This document shows, piece by piece, positions 1-12,620 of a DNA stretch of 64,000 nucleotides. A program made the position numbers and the translations under genes. Every line of letters starts with the position of its first letter. The first letter of the stretch is position 1. Below the pieces are notes generated by a model. That model saw nothing but the letters and a program-made list of their open reading frames with translations, was not told the origin of the DNA and did no database searches. Source of the DNA: Eledone cirrhosa (Eukaryota); NCBI GenBank assembly GCA_964016885.1, contig OZ024752.1:16988001-17052000 (forward strand), in the 5' to 3' direction.

Positions 1-25
1 AACTTTGTATTGTACACTGTATATC

Positions 26-58
<33 letters not shown>

Positions 59-754
59 AAATGGCTATAAATGGAAGAAGAAGAACCCCCCCCTCCTCTC
101 CTCTGGCTACACTATATAGGACAGCGAAACTCACCAACACCAGAAACTAGATACACCACCCACCCCATCATCTGTGTACACTAAACACAACAGCATTTTC
201 ACCTTCACCGCCACCGCTCACTACGGCCATCATTACCACCACTATCCCATCACCGCCGCCACCACCCCCTGACTCCTTCACTGCTGCTGCCACCGCTACA
301 GCACCATCACTACAGTAATACGGTCGCATCACCGCCACCACTGCCTCGGTATCGACATCACCGCCACCACTGTCTCAGTATCGCCAGCGCCGCTAGTCTC
401 TGCTGGCTACCACTTCCACATTATAGAATTCCTACTACTAACAAAGAGGAAGGCATCAAAATATATAGATAGACTCAAAAGAAAAAAGAAAAAACAAACA
501 ACAAAAGCAGCACAGCAACAACAGTAAAAAACGAGAAAAACAGAGAAAAACAAAAACAAAAAAAGAAACCCCAAAAACGTAAAGAAAATAAGAATGAAGA
601 GAGAAGCAGGCGGACGGACAGAGAAGAGGGGGGAAAAAGTAAAACTTAAAAAACAAAAACTAAGTCGGACATTCGAATACTACATTACAATGAAACTTAT
701 GCTTATTCATTTTTGGGGCCCTTTCTGCCCGTGTGTTTGTTTGTTTATGTGTGT

Positions 755-3700
755 CCGTATACAGCGTGGTGATAATGCCACACAAGGGCCAAGTGGGATG
801 GCGGATCCACAGATGGCTATGTAAACATACATTCGCCAATCCTCGATAAGAGTGTTTAAATATCGAACATAAACAGTTCGAATAACGGTGAAATGGAGAC
901 TAGAACGTCATGTGACAGACTCTCACCCAACAGGTGCCCCCTGGCTCAGCAGCAGGAACCTGACTGTCAACCAAATACTGCTGATGTTGGAGGAAGGAGA
1001 AGAAGGAAAGGGGCCAGAACCAACTGGACGAAAGAATTGAATAGAACTGTTATGCAATGTTACCTGAAAAGTAACCCCAAGGAGAGGGGCTACAGGAGAC
1101 GGATGCATAACATCTGGAACGAGATTGGTTTATTTAAATTAGATGAACAAAAATTGGCCGGGCAGGCTCGGGTAATAAGAACTAATGGATGGATAAGCGA
1201 GCTGGAACTGGAGGAACTGAGCAGAGAGAATGGCTTGGAGATGGCGGGTGTAGTATGCCAGACAAGCGAGCCAGTGGGAAATGAAGGTGAAGAGGTCCTG
1301 AGAACGGAGGAACCACCCGAAGCAGACAATGATCTGAATACTGAGATAAATAATACCTGGAACAGAGATACGGCCACCGAGGAGATGAATGCTGACGGGC
1401 TAGGACAAGATTCGGTTGACATCCTAAATTTAGTGGTAGATGAATTGAACAATGATAGTGGGAGACCTATGAACCTAAGATTTGTAGACAGGAAAAAGTT
1501 AAAAGAAACAACAGCTAAGGTAAACAAAGTCATCCCATACCTTGAGGCGAGGAGCCTTCACCAGTGCAACAATATCCTCAAAGCAACAGCAAATACGGTG
1601 AGGAAACTACTTGGTATAAAAGCGAGAGGAAACAACAGACAAGAAAGAGCAGAGCCGTGGTGGAAGAAGCGACTGAGTGGGCAAATCGGGGAAATGAGAA
1701 ATGACATAGGAAAGCTTGAGTCACTACTGAATGGGACACTAAAAAACATAGGCACTAAAAATAGACTGGAAATAAAATACAAAACTAGGAGGAAAAAGCT
1801 AAATATTATCATAGAGGAACTGAAGCAACGCATTGTAGCAAAGAGTGCAAAAATCAGGCGATACGAGAACAGAGTCAGTCAGTATAAACAGAACCGCATG
1901 TTCGACAACAACCAGAAGATGCTGTTTGGACAGCTTGAGGGGAAAGAAAGAGGCAACGACTTGATCCCTGGGGCGGAGCAAACTAAAACATTCTGGAGAG
2001 GAATATGGGAGCAGGATGTTAGACACAATGCCCAGGCAGGGTGGATTGAGACAGTACAGAGGGAGATCGGTGAGCAGGCACAACAACAAACTGATTTGAG
2101 TATCACAGTTGAAACTCTTAAGGGGCAAGCCAAAAAACTAACCAACTGGAAATCACCAGGCCCAGATGGTGTGCAGGGGTATTGGATTAAACATTTAACA
2201 TCCCTCCACCCGAAGCTGACGGCCATGTTCAATGACTGCTTGGTGTCGGGTGAGGTGCCAGAGTGGTTGACAAAAGGTACCACAGTTCTGATAATGAAAG
2301 ACCGAATCAAGGGTAATGATGTTACCAACTATAGACCTATCACATGTCTGTCCGTAATGTGGAAACTGTTGACGAGCATTGTGTCTGAGGAAATCTACCA
2401 TCACCTCCACACAAACAACTTGTTACCGGACGAACAGAAAGGATGCCGAAAGAAGTCACGTGGTACAAAGGACCAGTTACTTATTGATAAGATGGTAATG
2501 GGGAATTGCAGGAGGAGACACACTGATCTTGCCATGGGATGGATAGACTACAGAAAGGCATTTGACATGGTGCCTCATTCCTGGATCACCAAAAGCCTGG
2601 AGATCTTCAGGGTGGCAGATAACATCAGACAGTTGCTAGGCAGGAGTATGGGGTCCTGGGAGACAGAGTTGACATCAACTGGAGTATCCTTGGGAAGCGT
2701 GAAGATCAAGAGAGGTATCTTCCAGGGAGATAGCCTGTCCCCTCTGTTGTTTGTCCTTGCCCTGATGCCCTTGACCATTATGCTGCGAAAAGTGAGAGCA
2801 GGATACAAGTTGGGAAGGGGAGAGCTTACCATCAATCACCTCCTCTTCATGGACGATCTTAAGCTCTTCGGGAAAAGTGAGAAGGAGTTGGATGTGCTTG
2901 TTGACACTGTCCGTATTTTCAGCAGTGATATATGTATGCAGTTTGGTATTGGTAAATGTGGAGTCATTGTGATGAAGAGGGGTAGGTTGAGCAGAAGTAA
3001 CGGGATCCAGATACCAACAGGTGAGATGATAAAAAGGAAATTGACTCTGAGGAAGGATACAAGTATTTGGGCGTTCTGGAGGCTGATGGCATAAAGAACA
3101 AAAAAATGAAGGAATTGTTAAGAACTGAATACATTCGAAGAGTAAGGAGCGTATTGAAGTCACATCTGAACAGCAGAAATGCCATAAGCGCAGTAAATTC
3201 CCGAGCTGTGTCTATTATTAGGTACAGTGCGGGAATTCTGAGATGGAATGTTGCTGAACAAAAAGAAATGGATAGGAAGACTAGGAAGCTATTGACTATC
3301 TACAACATGTTCCACAAGAGGAGTGATGTCGATAGACTCTACCTAAGGAGATCTGAGGGTGGAAGAGGTCTTATCAGCATAGAGGACTGTGTTCAGATGG
3401 AGAAAAACAACCTATACAAATACGTGACCTATAGTAAGGAGCCAATGCTCAGAACTGTACTGAAGGAGGGGACAGTAGGCCAGGGGATGTCCAAGGAGGA
3501 AATAACATCAAGGAGGAAGAGCAGCCTTAAGGGAAAATCCCTTCATAGTACCTTCTTTGAGAAAACTGAATTTAGAGATCCACAGACATGGAACTGGTTG
3601 AGAAGAGGAGACCTCAAAAAGGCTACAGAAGGAATGATAATGGCTGCGCAGGAGCAGGCCCTCAAAACGAAGTGGTTGAAGCACCATATCTACAAGGAGG

Positions 3701-4389
3701 AGGCTAGCCCACTGTGCAGGATCTGTGGAGAGAGAGAGGAGACTGTGGCTCACATTGTGTCCGAGTGTAAACACCTAGCCCAGACCCACTATAAGGGCTG
3801 GAGACACGATGTGATGGGCAGGGTGATCCACTGGCACCTGTGCAAAGTAAACAATTTACCACATTCTGAGAAATGGTATGAGCATAGGCCAGAGGCGGTG
3901 ATGGAGAACAATCATGTGAAGGTGCTGTGGGATTTTAGGATACAGACAGACAAAAAACTGGAACACAATAGACCTGACCTGGTGGTTGTGGACAAAGAAA
4001 AAAGAACGTGTCTGATTGTGGATGTGGCCTGCCCGTTCGACACGAGAGTGCAAGAGAAGGAGAGGGAGAAAATTAACCGATACCAGGACCTAAAGTGGGA
4101 GGTGAAAAGGATTTGGAACTGCCATGAAGTCAAAGTGATCCCGATTGTCATAGGCGCACTGGGGACTATCTCCAAAAGTTTCCAGGGATGGTTAAAGAAA
4201 ATCGGCCCCTTCACGCTTTTTGGAACGCTTCAAAAGGCATGCTTGCTTGGAACAGCAAGAACCCTCCGATACGTCCTGAATATCTGAGGCTGCAGGTAGT
4301 GGCTTGATATTCAATCCAACGGACTTTCCAGTTAACCAACATCAATGACAGATTCAAGGAATAACAACAACAATAATAATAATAATAAT
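755..4389 (+). mobile_element. R4/Dong-like non-LTR retrotransposon (RT plus restriction-like endonuclease), near full length, with (CAA)n(TAA)n tail
   Basis: Single long ORF with RT and C-terminal CCHC plus PD-(D/E)xK nuclease, a short 3' UTR, then AAC/AAT repeats at about 4361-4389. The 5' boundary is approximate. Confidence 0.88.
893..4287 (+). pseudogene. RT-RLE polyprotein of the Dong/R4-like element, one frameshift
   Basis: ORFs 893-3094 and 3067-4287. RT motifs KSPGPDG, YRPITCL, GIFQGDSLSP, FMDD; zinc knuckle CRICG..ETVAHIVSEC; RHD; HNRPDLVV..IVDVACP..KEREKINRY. The frameshift is in the A-run at about 3031-3035 (restored reading MIKEIDSEEGYKYLG). Confidence 0.9.
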
Positions 4390-4640
4390 GATTTCTTTAT
4401 TAACCACAAGGGTTTACATAAAGTAGACATTAAGGACAGTGCAGGACAATGCAGGACGGTACAAATGGGCATTTCTGCGTGTAAAAAACAAAAACAGAGG
4501 ATGTAACAAAAAATAACAATGAAAAATTCCCCAATAGGGGGGGAGACTTCGGAGGGACATTTGTGGAGAAAGCCCAGTAAAAAGCCACAATGACCCTGAC
4601 CGCCAAGGCAAGTGCCCTCTCCCAGTTTTCCACCTTTAAT

Positions 4641-7600
4641 TTACAGATATATACTCAGAGTAGGCCCATTCACTCGGGCCATTCTTGCTTCTCTCACCCA
4701 TCTTTCAACAAAATGCTGGGAAGAGAGCACTTCCCTCTCTACTCTGATTTTCCTTTTCAAATGAAATTTGAAAAAGTCAATCAGAGCATCACCGAAGAGG
4801 TAAGTGCTCGTCTTCAGCCCTTTCAAACGTGTCCACCATACTATCTCTTTCGCCATGGCCACCGGACACATAAAAACTGCCTGCCCTTCCCGGCTAAAGG
4901 AGGAGGGCGGGGCAATCCTCACGATGGACTCAGATGATAGCCGGATCCGTCCTAGACGCGACAGCAGGTGTTCGACATAAACCCACAAGTCAGCAATTTT
5001 CGGACACTGGACGAGTGCGTGCAGGACGGTTTCGTCGCCCTGCGCGCATCTCGGACATGCCCGGCTGACGGCACCTCCATGCCTGTAGAGTTTATCCCGA
5101 ACTGGCAAGGCTCCTCGGTAGCACTGCCAGGCCAGAGATTTCTGGAAGTTGTCCATAGGCCCCGGCCCGAAAGTTCTTCCGAAGAGATTGGCTAGTTGAT
5201 TTTCGTCGACGCCTAGAGTTTCCCCAAGTACGTCGTCGCTCTTCCCCTCCACTAATCCTCTATAGAACGCCGAGGTGGAGTTTCCACCGATCACATTGCC
5301 CGATTGGTCGAGGGCTGTGAGCGCCTGAAGACATTCCAGTCTCCAGGCGCTCCCTCTCGGTCTTCGCTTGACCCAGGACTGCAGCTCCGTCAAGGAAACG
5401 AGCTGGGGAAATACGCGCCTAGCAAACGGCGACCACACCTGATCACTGTCGAGGAAGAGGTGGAGATGTCGTAGCCTGAGCGCGTGCCTGCGCATCATCA
5501 GCCACGGCATGCCCAGCCCTCCACGTAGCGGGTGTTGACAACAGATGGACCGCCTGACCATCGGAGCACGTCCCTTCCACAAAAAGCGAAAGAGCAAACG
5601 CTCCAGCGCAGTCAGGCGAGGCTTAGGACAAGGTACAACGGTCAGGCGGTAGCAGATGACAGACGCGATGTACGCGTTAGCCACCTCCGCTCGACCTTTC
5701 AAGGATAGCTTCCTCTCCGCCCATTTCTGGGTGAGAGAAGCCACCCTGCTCGTCACCTCGTCCCAGTTTTTGTCCGTCTGGAGGTCCGGACCGAACCAGA
5801 CCCCTAGCAATTTAACCGGTCCGTCCGTCCAGCGCCCGACGACGCTGTTGGACGGCATGGACCTGCCTCTCCAGGTGCCGAGCTGCAGGCCCACTGACTT
5901 TTCCTGGTTGATCATTGCTCCTGTCACCGCTTCGTATTCTCTTAGTGTAGTGCCGATCGCCTCGATGTGTTTGGCGTTCGACACCACTACGGTGACATCG
6001 TCCGCATATGCTGACACGGATCTTCCGCATCCTAGTTCGCGCGGGACTCCCCTCAACGTCTCCAGTTTGTGCAGTAATGGCTCGAGAGTCAATACGTACA
6101 AGAGGGACGAGAGGGGACATCCTTGGCGGACCGAGCGCATGATGTTGAACGGTTCCGACAGGTGACCGTTCACTCTCACCACAGAGCAGATGTCGCTGTG
6201 CATGGCAGCGATCCAGCCTCTGAAGACGGGCCCAAAGCCAGCCGCCCTCAGGACGGCCGCTAGGTAACGATGGTCGACCCTATCGAAAGCTTTCGACTGA
6301 TCTAAATTGATCAAGGACCCACCCGTGCCAGGTTCCTTAGCTACCCTCTCTATGATGTATCGCATGAGGTGGAGGTTGTCGTGGATGGATCTGTCGGGAA
6401 TGGCGCATGTCTGCGCCTCTCCCACCAGACCACCAACGACAAGCGCCAACCTCTTTGCTAGCACCTTGGCCAAAATCTTGAACTCTGTGTTTAGCAGAGT
6501 TATGGGCCGGAAATTGTCTATGTTATCCCCCTTGTTCGGATCCTTTCTCAGCAGTGCCACCGCTCCTCGGCTCACAGAACTGGGAATTCTCCCGTTCTGT
6601 TGCCAGTTGCAGTAGACGTCCGCCAAGAGGCTTCCGAACAAGTCTGGCATCTGTACGTAAAGTTCATAGGGCAGACCATCCAAACCAGGCGATTTACCCC
6701 TTGTGCAGCCAGTCATTGCCTCCCTTACTTCAGCGGCTGTTATCGGCTTTTCGCAACACCTCGCCTCAGTGGCCGAGAGCCGCGGCAGTCCGTCGAGGTA
6801 GACACTAAAGTCCATCCCTCTACCTGGCCCCCCGCTGCCCCCGAACAGCTGAGCGAAGTGTCGCTGAAAAGCTTCACACATTTGCCCGGGATCGAGTAGC
6901 ATGCGCCCGTCGTGGTCCACCAAAGACCGGATCGTGGCTTTGTTGCCACGACGCGCCTCCGCCACTCGGGCCCATTGAACGGCTTTCGTCCCCTCGTGTC
7001 TGAGAGCACGCACCCTAGCTCTGACAACGCAGCCTTCGTGCTTTGCATTGAAGAATTGGTCAAGGGCCAATTTCGCCGCAAGCACGTCGGTCGCAATGCC
7101 TTTGCTAAGCGCCTCGTCTAATTTTCTAACTAGTTCTCCCTCTGCTCTATTTTTCTCTATTGCTAAAGCCTTACTAAACCTAATCGATTCTATTCTAATC
7201 GCTCTTTTCAGAGCAAACCACCACTTGTTGTTGACGATGGCCCCCGTCAACGCCCGCTTAACTAGTTCGCTAATCCGGTCTCTGTAGGCCTTGCGCGCTG
7301 GTAAGGACTCGTTTAGCTTCCAGTAGCCGGGTCCTCGTCTATGAAGCCTATCTAAGTCAAGCACACAGGTCACGAATTTGTGGTCCGTGTAGTGACTATC
7401 TTGAATTGTGGACAGCCTATGCTAGACCTATCTATTTCCCTACAAAATACTCTATCTAGATATGATCTGGATGACCCTATGCGGTTTGTTCAAGTCCACA
7501 TTGGCACATTCGGGAAATCCAATCGGTACCTGTCAGACAGTTCAAAACGCCTGAGCAGGTTGGTGAGGCTCTTGCACCCTCCACCCCTATCCGCTAATCC

Positions 7601-8059
7601 CACACAGTCCCAGCGTGCATCTAAGATCCCGTTCCAGTCGCCCACTAACACTAAAGAGCGGGACGTTCCAAGAAAGGTCTCCAGACGCCGGAAGAAATCA
7701 GGCCGCCCTGCTCCTGTCGGGGCATAGACGGCCACTAGCCTGAAAGCTTGCCCGTCTCCGCTGGTCACGTCCAGCACCACCAGCTTACCCTCTGGGTCCA
7801 GGAAGATGGCTCGTATGGCGAGATCCAAACCTCTCCGAAAAAGCACAGCAACTCCTCCACCCGATCCAGGACGGCTGGGAGATGCGTACACATCGTAGCC
7901 GCCGAAGATCGGTGCGAAGGCCCGTGCTTCGGAGATTCTGGTCTCGCTGATGGCCACTACATCTATGTTTAGTGACCTGAGGTCGTTGAGCAGGTGACCC
8001 TGCTTCCATGACGACCCCAAGCCACGCGCATTTATGCTGCCTATTCTGAGTGAGGTCAT
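4641..8059 (-). pseudogene. Tx1 ORF2p (APE endonuclease, RT, C-terminal CCHC), disrupted
   Basis: APE motifs SINARGL, ISET, GDWN, YLDR, TDH; RT motifs KSPGLDG, FRPITLLN, DQSKAFD, VRQGCPLS, YADD; CPRC..ETVLHALVQC. In-frame TGA (probably from TGG) at 7490-7492 and a 1-nt deletion near 7394. Confidence 0.9.
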
Positions 8060-8094
8060 GTTTAAAATAGAGTGGAAAAGATGGGAAAGACCAC

Positions 8095-10203
8095 TTACCG
8101 TACTTTTGGTAGAGGAGGGATGGTTTTTACATCCCTTTTCACTTGATCGTCTGGTGAAGGGACCGTTGAATCGTCCCTTCGGCTGGTCGTCGGCTCTTCT
8201 AAGAGAATGTCTGAATATACTCTTCGATTGATGGTTCCTCCTAGGTCCCTGAAATCACCAACTGCGTTGGGGAATTTCGTTTTAATGTTTGTGTATTGTT
8301 TCTGTGCTATTTTTAGCAGTCTTATGTTAGTTGGCGTTTTGATTGGTGCTGGTATTATGTAGTCCTGTTGTGAAATGTCTGTGTGTTCAATTATGTAAGT
8401 CATTAGTTTCTTGTTGTGTGTGTTTATTGCCGTGCATTTGTTTTTCTGGGGGTGGGTTGTGGTTCTGCTATTTTCTTGTCGTTGTTGCTGGGTGTGTGTG
8501 TTTTGTTGTTGTGTTTGCGATGTTGGTGCTTGTGGTAGTGGTGTTGAAGGTGTTGTTGGCGGTGGGGTTGTCGCCGGTGGTGATGGTGGTGCTGGTGTGG
8601 GTGGTGATGGTGTTGGTGGTGTTGCTGCTGTGGGTCTCTTTGCAGTAGACTTTACCCTTTTCTCATTTCTTTCCTCCCTTTTCAAAGGCGACGATGCGCT
8701 GCTTCTGCGTTTGTGCCTTCTTGCGACCTTTTGCCATCCCTCTCCCACCTCACACTCCATGTCTGATTCTGTGAGGTCGGGGAGGGGTACCAGCTCCACT
8801 CTTTCACTTGTTGTTGTTGGTGATGTTTGCACTGGAGTCTCTGTTGCAGCTGCATTTGGTATTGCTGTTGTTGTTGTTAATATTTCCACTGCTGCTGCTG
8901 TTTTTGATTTCCGTGGAGTGGGTATGGGTGCCACGGACCTATCGTTCCTGGTTGCCGCTTGTCCTGTTGCTGGTAGCCGTGGAGTCGGATTCGGAAGGAG
9001 GGGGGTTTTCTCCTTTCTCAGGGTCTTCTCGTTGCAGAAGGCCCTGAGGTGAGTCTTCGATCCACAGCGAACGCATTTCGGGCGTTTGCCCTCAACACTT
9101 ATGGGCAGTTGAGTGCCGTTATCGAAGTCTATCACATCCGGGATAGCTTCGATGCACTCCTGGTTGGTTTGGATTAGCATCTCAATGGAGGAGCCGACCC
9201 AATCTTCTCTTACTTTTTTCTGTACTTGCAGTACAGTTGTTTTGTCCTCGATTCCGACGAGGACAGACGCGGCCAGCCAAGAAGGGGTCATTCCGGGGGG
9301 GGGGGGGGGGACGTCGGTCAGTTTGACCCTCACAATTTTTTGCCCGCAGTAGGAGGGCACCAACACCATTTCCTCGCTGCTCCTTAGGGTCACTACTGAT
9401 TGGGCCTTTGCCTCCTGGGGTGTGGCAAAAAGTACGTCTACGGTGGCATATTTTTTGCCTCGGGTGATGTGCGTTTTCCGCTGCCACACAGACCCCAAGG
9501 CTTTTTGTATTTGGGCCTCTGTGGCTCTTTCCACCTTACGGGATTTTGTACTTACTGTACGGTACGTGACCGTACAGTGCTCTTGGGTTTCGAAAAAATG
9601 TTCCGCTGCCTTGCAGATTGCTCGGTGTCCATTCTTTGTCACCATCTTCTTCGCTTCCTCTAATTCCTCATTTGTTATGAGGATTGTTTCCAAGTTTTTC
9701 GCAATACCTGCAAATGAGATTGGTTTTTCTCTGCTGTTGTTGTTGTCGTCAGAGCTGCTGGTACTTTTGTTGTTGCTGCAGGTACTACGACTACTGCCTC
9801 CGCCGCTGTTGCTGTGGTTGTTGTTGGTGTTGCTGCTGCTAATGATGTTGTTGTTTATGCTGCTGGTGATGCTGTTGCGGCTGCTACTGTTGTTTTCATT
9901 GTCACTGTTGCTGTTGTTATTACGGCTGCTACTGCTATTATTCCTGACGTCAGACGAATGAACTGGGTTTTCGTATTTCCCGCACACCTGTTTCGTCGCT
10001 GTCGTCGTCGTCGTGGAGAAACCTTGCACGCTTTGCAGGAGACTTTTCTTTTCTTTCGTCACTTGCGAAAGAGAAGGGAGGGAGAGAGACACATTTAAAG
10101 AAGGGAGGGAGAGAGACAATCTTCTCTCTGCTGTAGTGATGATTGAGGAAGAAAAAGACGGAATGAGTGGGAGTGACGTATGAAATTTCTTTTTCGTAGC
10201 CAT
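8095..10203 (-). CDS. Tx1 ORF1p, nucleic-acid-binding protein with CCHC zinc knuckle
   Basis: Open 702-aa ORF with CVRCGSKTHLRAFC knuckle and N/S-, P/T- and Q-rich low-complexity tracts. It ends 35 nt before ORF2. Confidence 0.82.
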   Translation of the reverse strand: MATKKKFHTSLPLIPSFSSSIITTAERRLSLSLPSLNVSLSLPSLSQVTKEKKSLLQSVQGFSTTTTTATKQVCGKYENPVHSSDVRNNSSSSRNNNSNSDNENNSSSRNSITSSINNNIISSSNTNNNHSNSGGGSSRSTCSNNKSTSSSDDNNNSREKPISFAGIAKNLETILITNEELEEAKKMVTKNGHRAICKAAEHFFETQEHCTVTYRTVSTKSRKVERATEAQIQKALGSVWQRKTHITRGKKYATVDVLFATPQEAKAQSVVTLRSSEEMVLVPSYCGQKIVRVKLTDVPPPPPGMTPSWLAASVLVGIEDKTTVLQVQKKVREDWVGSSIEMLIQTNQECIEAIPDVIDFDNGTQLPISVEGKRPKCVRCGSKTHLRAFCNEKTLRKEKTPLLPNPTPRLPATGQAATRNDRSVAPIPTPRKSKTAAAVEILTTTTAIPNAAATETPVQTSPTTTSERVELVPLPDLTESDMECEVGEGWQKVARRHKRRSSASSPLKREERNEKRVKSTAKRPTAATPPTPSPPTPAPPSPPATTPPPTTPSTPLPQAPTSQTQQQNTHTQQQRQENSRTTTHPQKNKCTAINTHNKKLMTYIIEHTDISQQDYIIPAPIKTPTNIRLLKIAQKQYTNIKTKFPNAVGDFRDLGGTINRRVYSDILLEEPTTSRRDDSTVPSPDDQVKRDVKTIPPLPKVR

Positions 10204-10445
10204 GTTGTTTTTTGTTTAAAATGAAATTTTGGGTACAAAACCCCAATAACTGGTTATTTAACCCCGAAGGGCCAAATAACGGACAGAAAGACCCCTCTCA
10301 CGAGGAGTAGGGTGTCTTTATCAACAGTTTGGTTCAAGTTTTAAACAATTTACAATTGTTTTAACGGTTAAAAATTACTATACCTTACAGAGCCGAGCCT
10401 CCGTCAACCATGGCATTCAATAATAATAATAATAATAGTACACTA

Positions 10446-10730
10446 TTAATAATTATTAATGTACTCGTGCAATGCCTGTGCGTTACGAATATTTTTAAAG
10501 TGAGGAAAGACTGTGCACTGAGCCAATCCCACTCTCTGAGCGACAGTAGCTATAACCCGAAAAGAAGAAAAGATCAACATAATCGGTAACTACTGAGTCG
10601 CAGGTTTTATATCGGAGTTAACCCAGTTTCCTGAGATGCCTTCTCCTAGAAGAATGCACTGACAAGGGCTAGGGGTTCTTCACTCCCAGTGGTTTAACTG
10701 CGCGATCGGGCATCCAGCCCGATTATTTCT
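10446..10730 (-). mobile_element. Diverged RTE 5'-UTR-like fragment
   Basis: Shares caatgcctgtgc..ccaatcccactctct with 12221-12290 and has the CTAGGAGAAGG motif on the minus strand. A similar patch lies at about 24704-24775. Confidence 0.55.
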
Positions 10731-10875
10731 ATGTCCCCGCGCAAAAAAAAAAAAAAAAAATCACTTATTGACACTTATACGTACGAATACACACACACGC
10801 ATACATATGCGCGCACACAGCAACACTCATACATACAAATAAACACACACACACGCTACTCTACTCACTTACACG

Positions 10876-10962
<87 letters not shown>

Positions 10963-11065
10963 TACCGTCATTACTGATACAAGATTACAAGATTATGTCA
11001 ACTGTTGACTTTCAAGAGTTTGTATAGTTGAAGCCGATCGTATTACAGTCCAGTATTATTATAAT

Positions 11066-11205
11066 TGCTTTACAGCATAGAGTCACGGCCCTCCACGCTC
11101 TGAGCTCAAATCCCGCCGAGGTCAACCTTGCCCTTCATCCCCGCGGAGTCAACAAAAGAGAGTACCAGTGATGCGCTGGACAGTCGCTGGATCCGTGCCA
11201 AAAGC
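11066..11205 (+). mobile_element. SINE (tRNA-like B box plus conserved core), partial
   Basis: gagctcaaatcccgccgaggtcaaccttgcccttcatcc..gtaccagt matches the fuller copy at 42294-42488. Confidence 0.75.
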
Positions 11206-11987
11206 AGAAAAATTATTATTAAAGTTGTTTTCTTAAGGCCCGGTCGCTGGTGATGGTGATGGCGGCGGCGGTGGCGGTGGTGGTGGCAGTTGATGTTGTT
11301 GTGTGTGTGTGTGTGTTTTGTTATTTTGAGTTTTTTTGTTTTTTTTTCCCCTTTTCTTTTCTTTTCTTTTCCCTTCCTTTTTTTATGTTTTGATGCCGCT
11401 GTTGTTGTTGTTGTAAATGTTCATTTCAGTTCATTCTGAAGCTGTTGTTGCTGTAAACATTAGTGCCGGTGTTGTTGTTGTTGTAGATGTTGGGGTTGAA
11501 ATCTGGTCGTTTGACTGAGTGATGTATATACACACATATACATACACACACACATATATATATATACACATTCAACATACAGTAGAGAGTTTGACAACAG
11601 GTCGATGACTTTAGTCTAGATAGGGTATGGTATGGTAATGACATGTGACGATGGGGAGAGAGTGTAGACGTTATTGTGGTGGTGGGGACAGTGAGATGTA
11701 TCTAGTTCATTTGACCGTGTTCTTCTCTTAGCAAAATTTGAATTTTAGCCATGTTATATTTAGATGTAAGTAAATGTAAAATGTAAAATATAAATAAGGA
11801 TTGCTCTGCTAAAATATACTAAAATATTTGTGTTACTTCCACAAACTTCTGTCGTGTCATTCCCGAGTCCAGTGACCAAAAAATTGTTGTATTTTGATGT
11901 TTCAGAATACAAAAATTAATTAAAAACTTACCCCACGAAAAGACAGCGTGTGTTGTCCTATCTATAAGCTCCCTCACATATCTACAT

Positions 11988-12620
11988 ACATACATACATA
12001 CATACATGGTGGCTGCCAACTCGTTTTCGAGTACGGCCACTACTTTACATCCATGTATGATAACCCTTTTTAGTCCAGCCAGCGACTTGAAACCTCTGGT
12101 ACAAACACTACACCTGTGACAATCATTGACACATAGTGCTAGGCCCATGGTAGGACAACCATTGACACATAGTGCTGGGCCCATGTGAGGACAAGTGCAG
12201 AGAGATCTCCAGATATAAAGCAATGCCTGTGCCGTGAAGCTTTTATAGTGAGCAAAGGCACTGCACAAAGCCAGTCCCACTCTCTTAACCAAGATGCTAT
12301 TTACCAAAAAGAAGAACAAGTCAACATCATTGGATACCATCAGGGTTGCAGGTGTTATATCAGAGTTTTCCTTCTCCTAGAATTCTGCCTTTACTAAGGC
12401 TAAAGGGGTCATCTCTCCCGGTGATTTTGGATGGCCATTGACTCTTAAGAGCTCCTTTGCCCTTTTGACAGGTTTTGTTTTTAGTCCTGCAGGATGTCCA
12501 AAGTCACCCTCCTCACCAAGAAACCTTGGTGGGGTTGCCAGTTTAGTCGCCAACGACCCGACCATGAGACAGGTTGTACTGGGATACATGTTACCAGTAG
12601 CACCAACTGGTGACCTGACA
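11988..12620 (-). mobile_element. Short non-autonomous RTE derivative (5' UTR, zinc-finger remnant, 3' stem-loop, (ATGT)n tail)
   Basis: Near-identical to 48030-48668. Contains ctaggagaaggaaaactctgatat, a CSVCTRGFKSLAGLK remnant and the ctcgaaaacgag hairpin, with (CATA)n on both sides. Confidence 0.75.

Larger units (their letters stand above)
4390..10418 (-). mobile_element. Tx1-clade (L1 group) non-LTR retrotransposon, near full length
   Basis: Two ORFs (gag-like ORF1; APE-RT-CCHC ORF2). AATAAA lies near the 3' end (tttatt at 4396-4401 on +). Both ends abut (AAT)n repeats. Confidence 0.88.
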
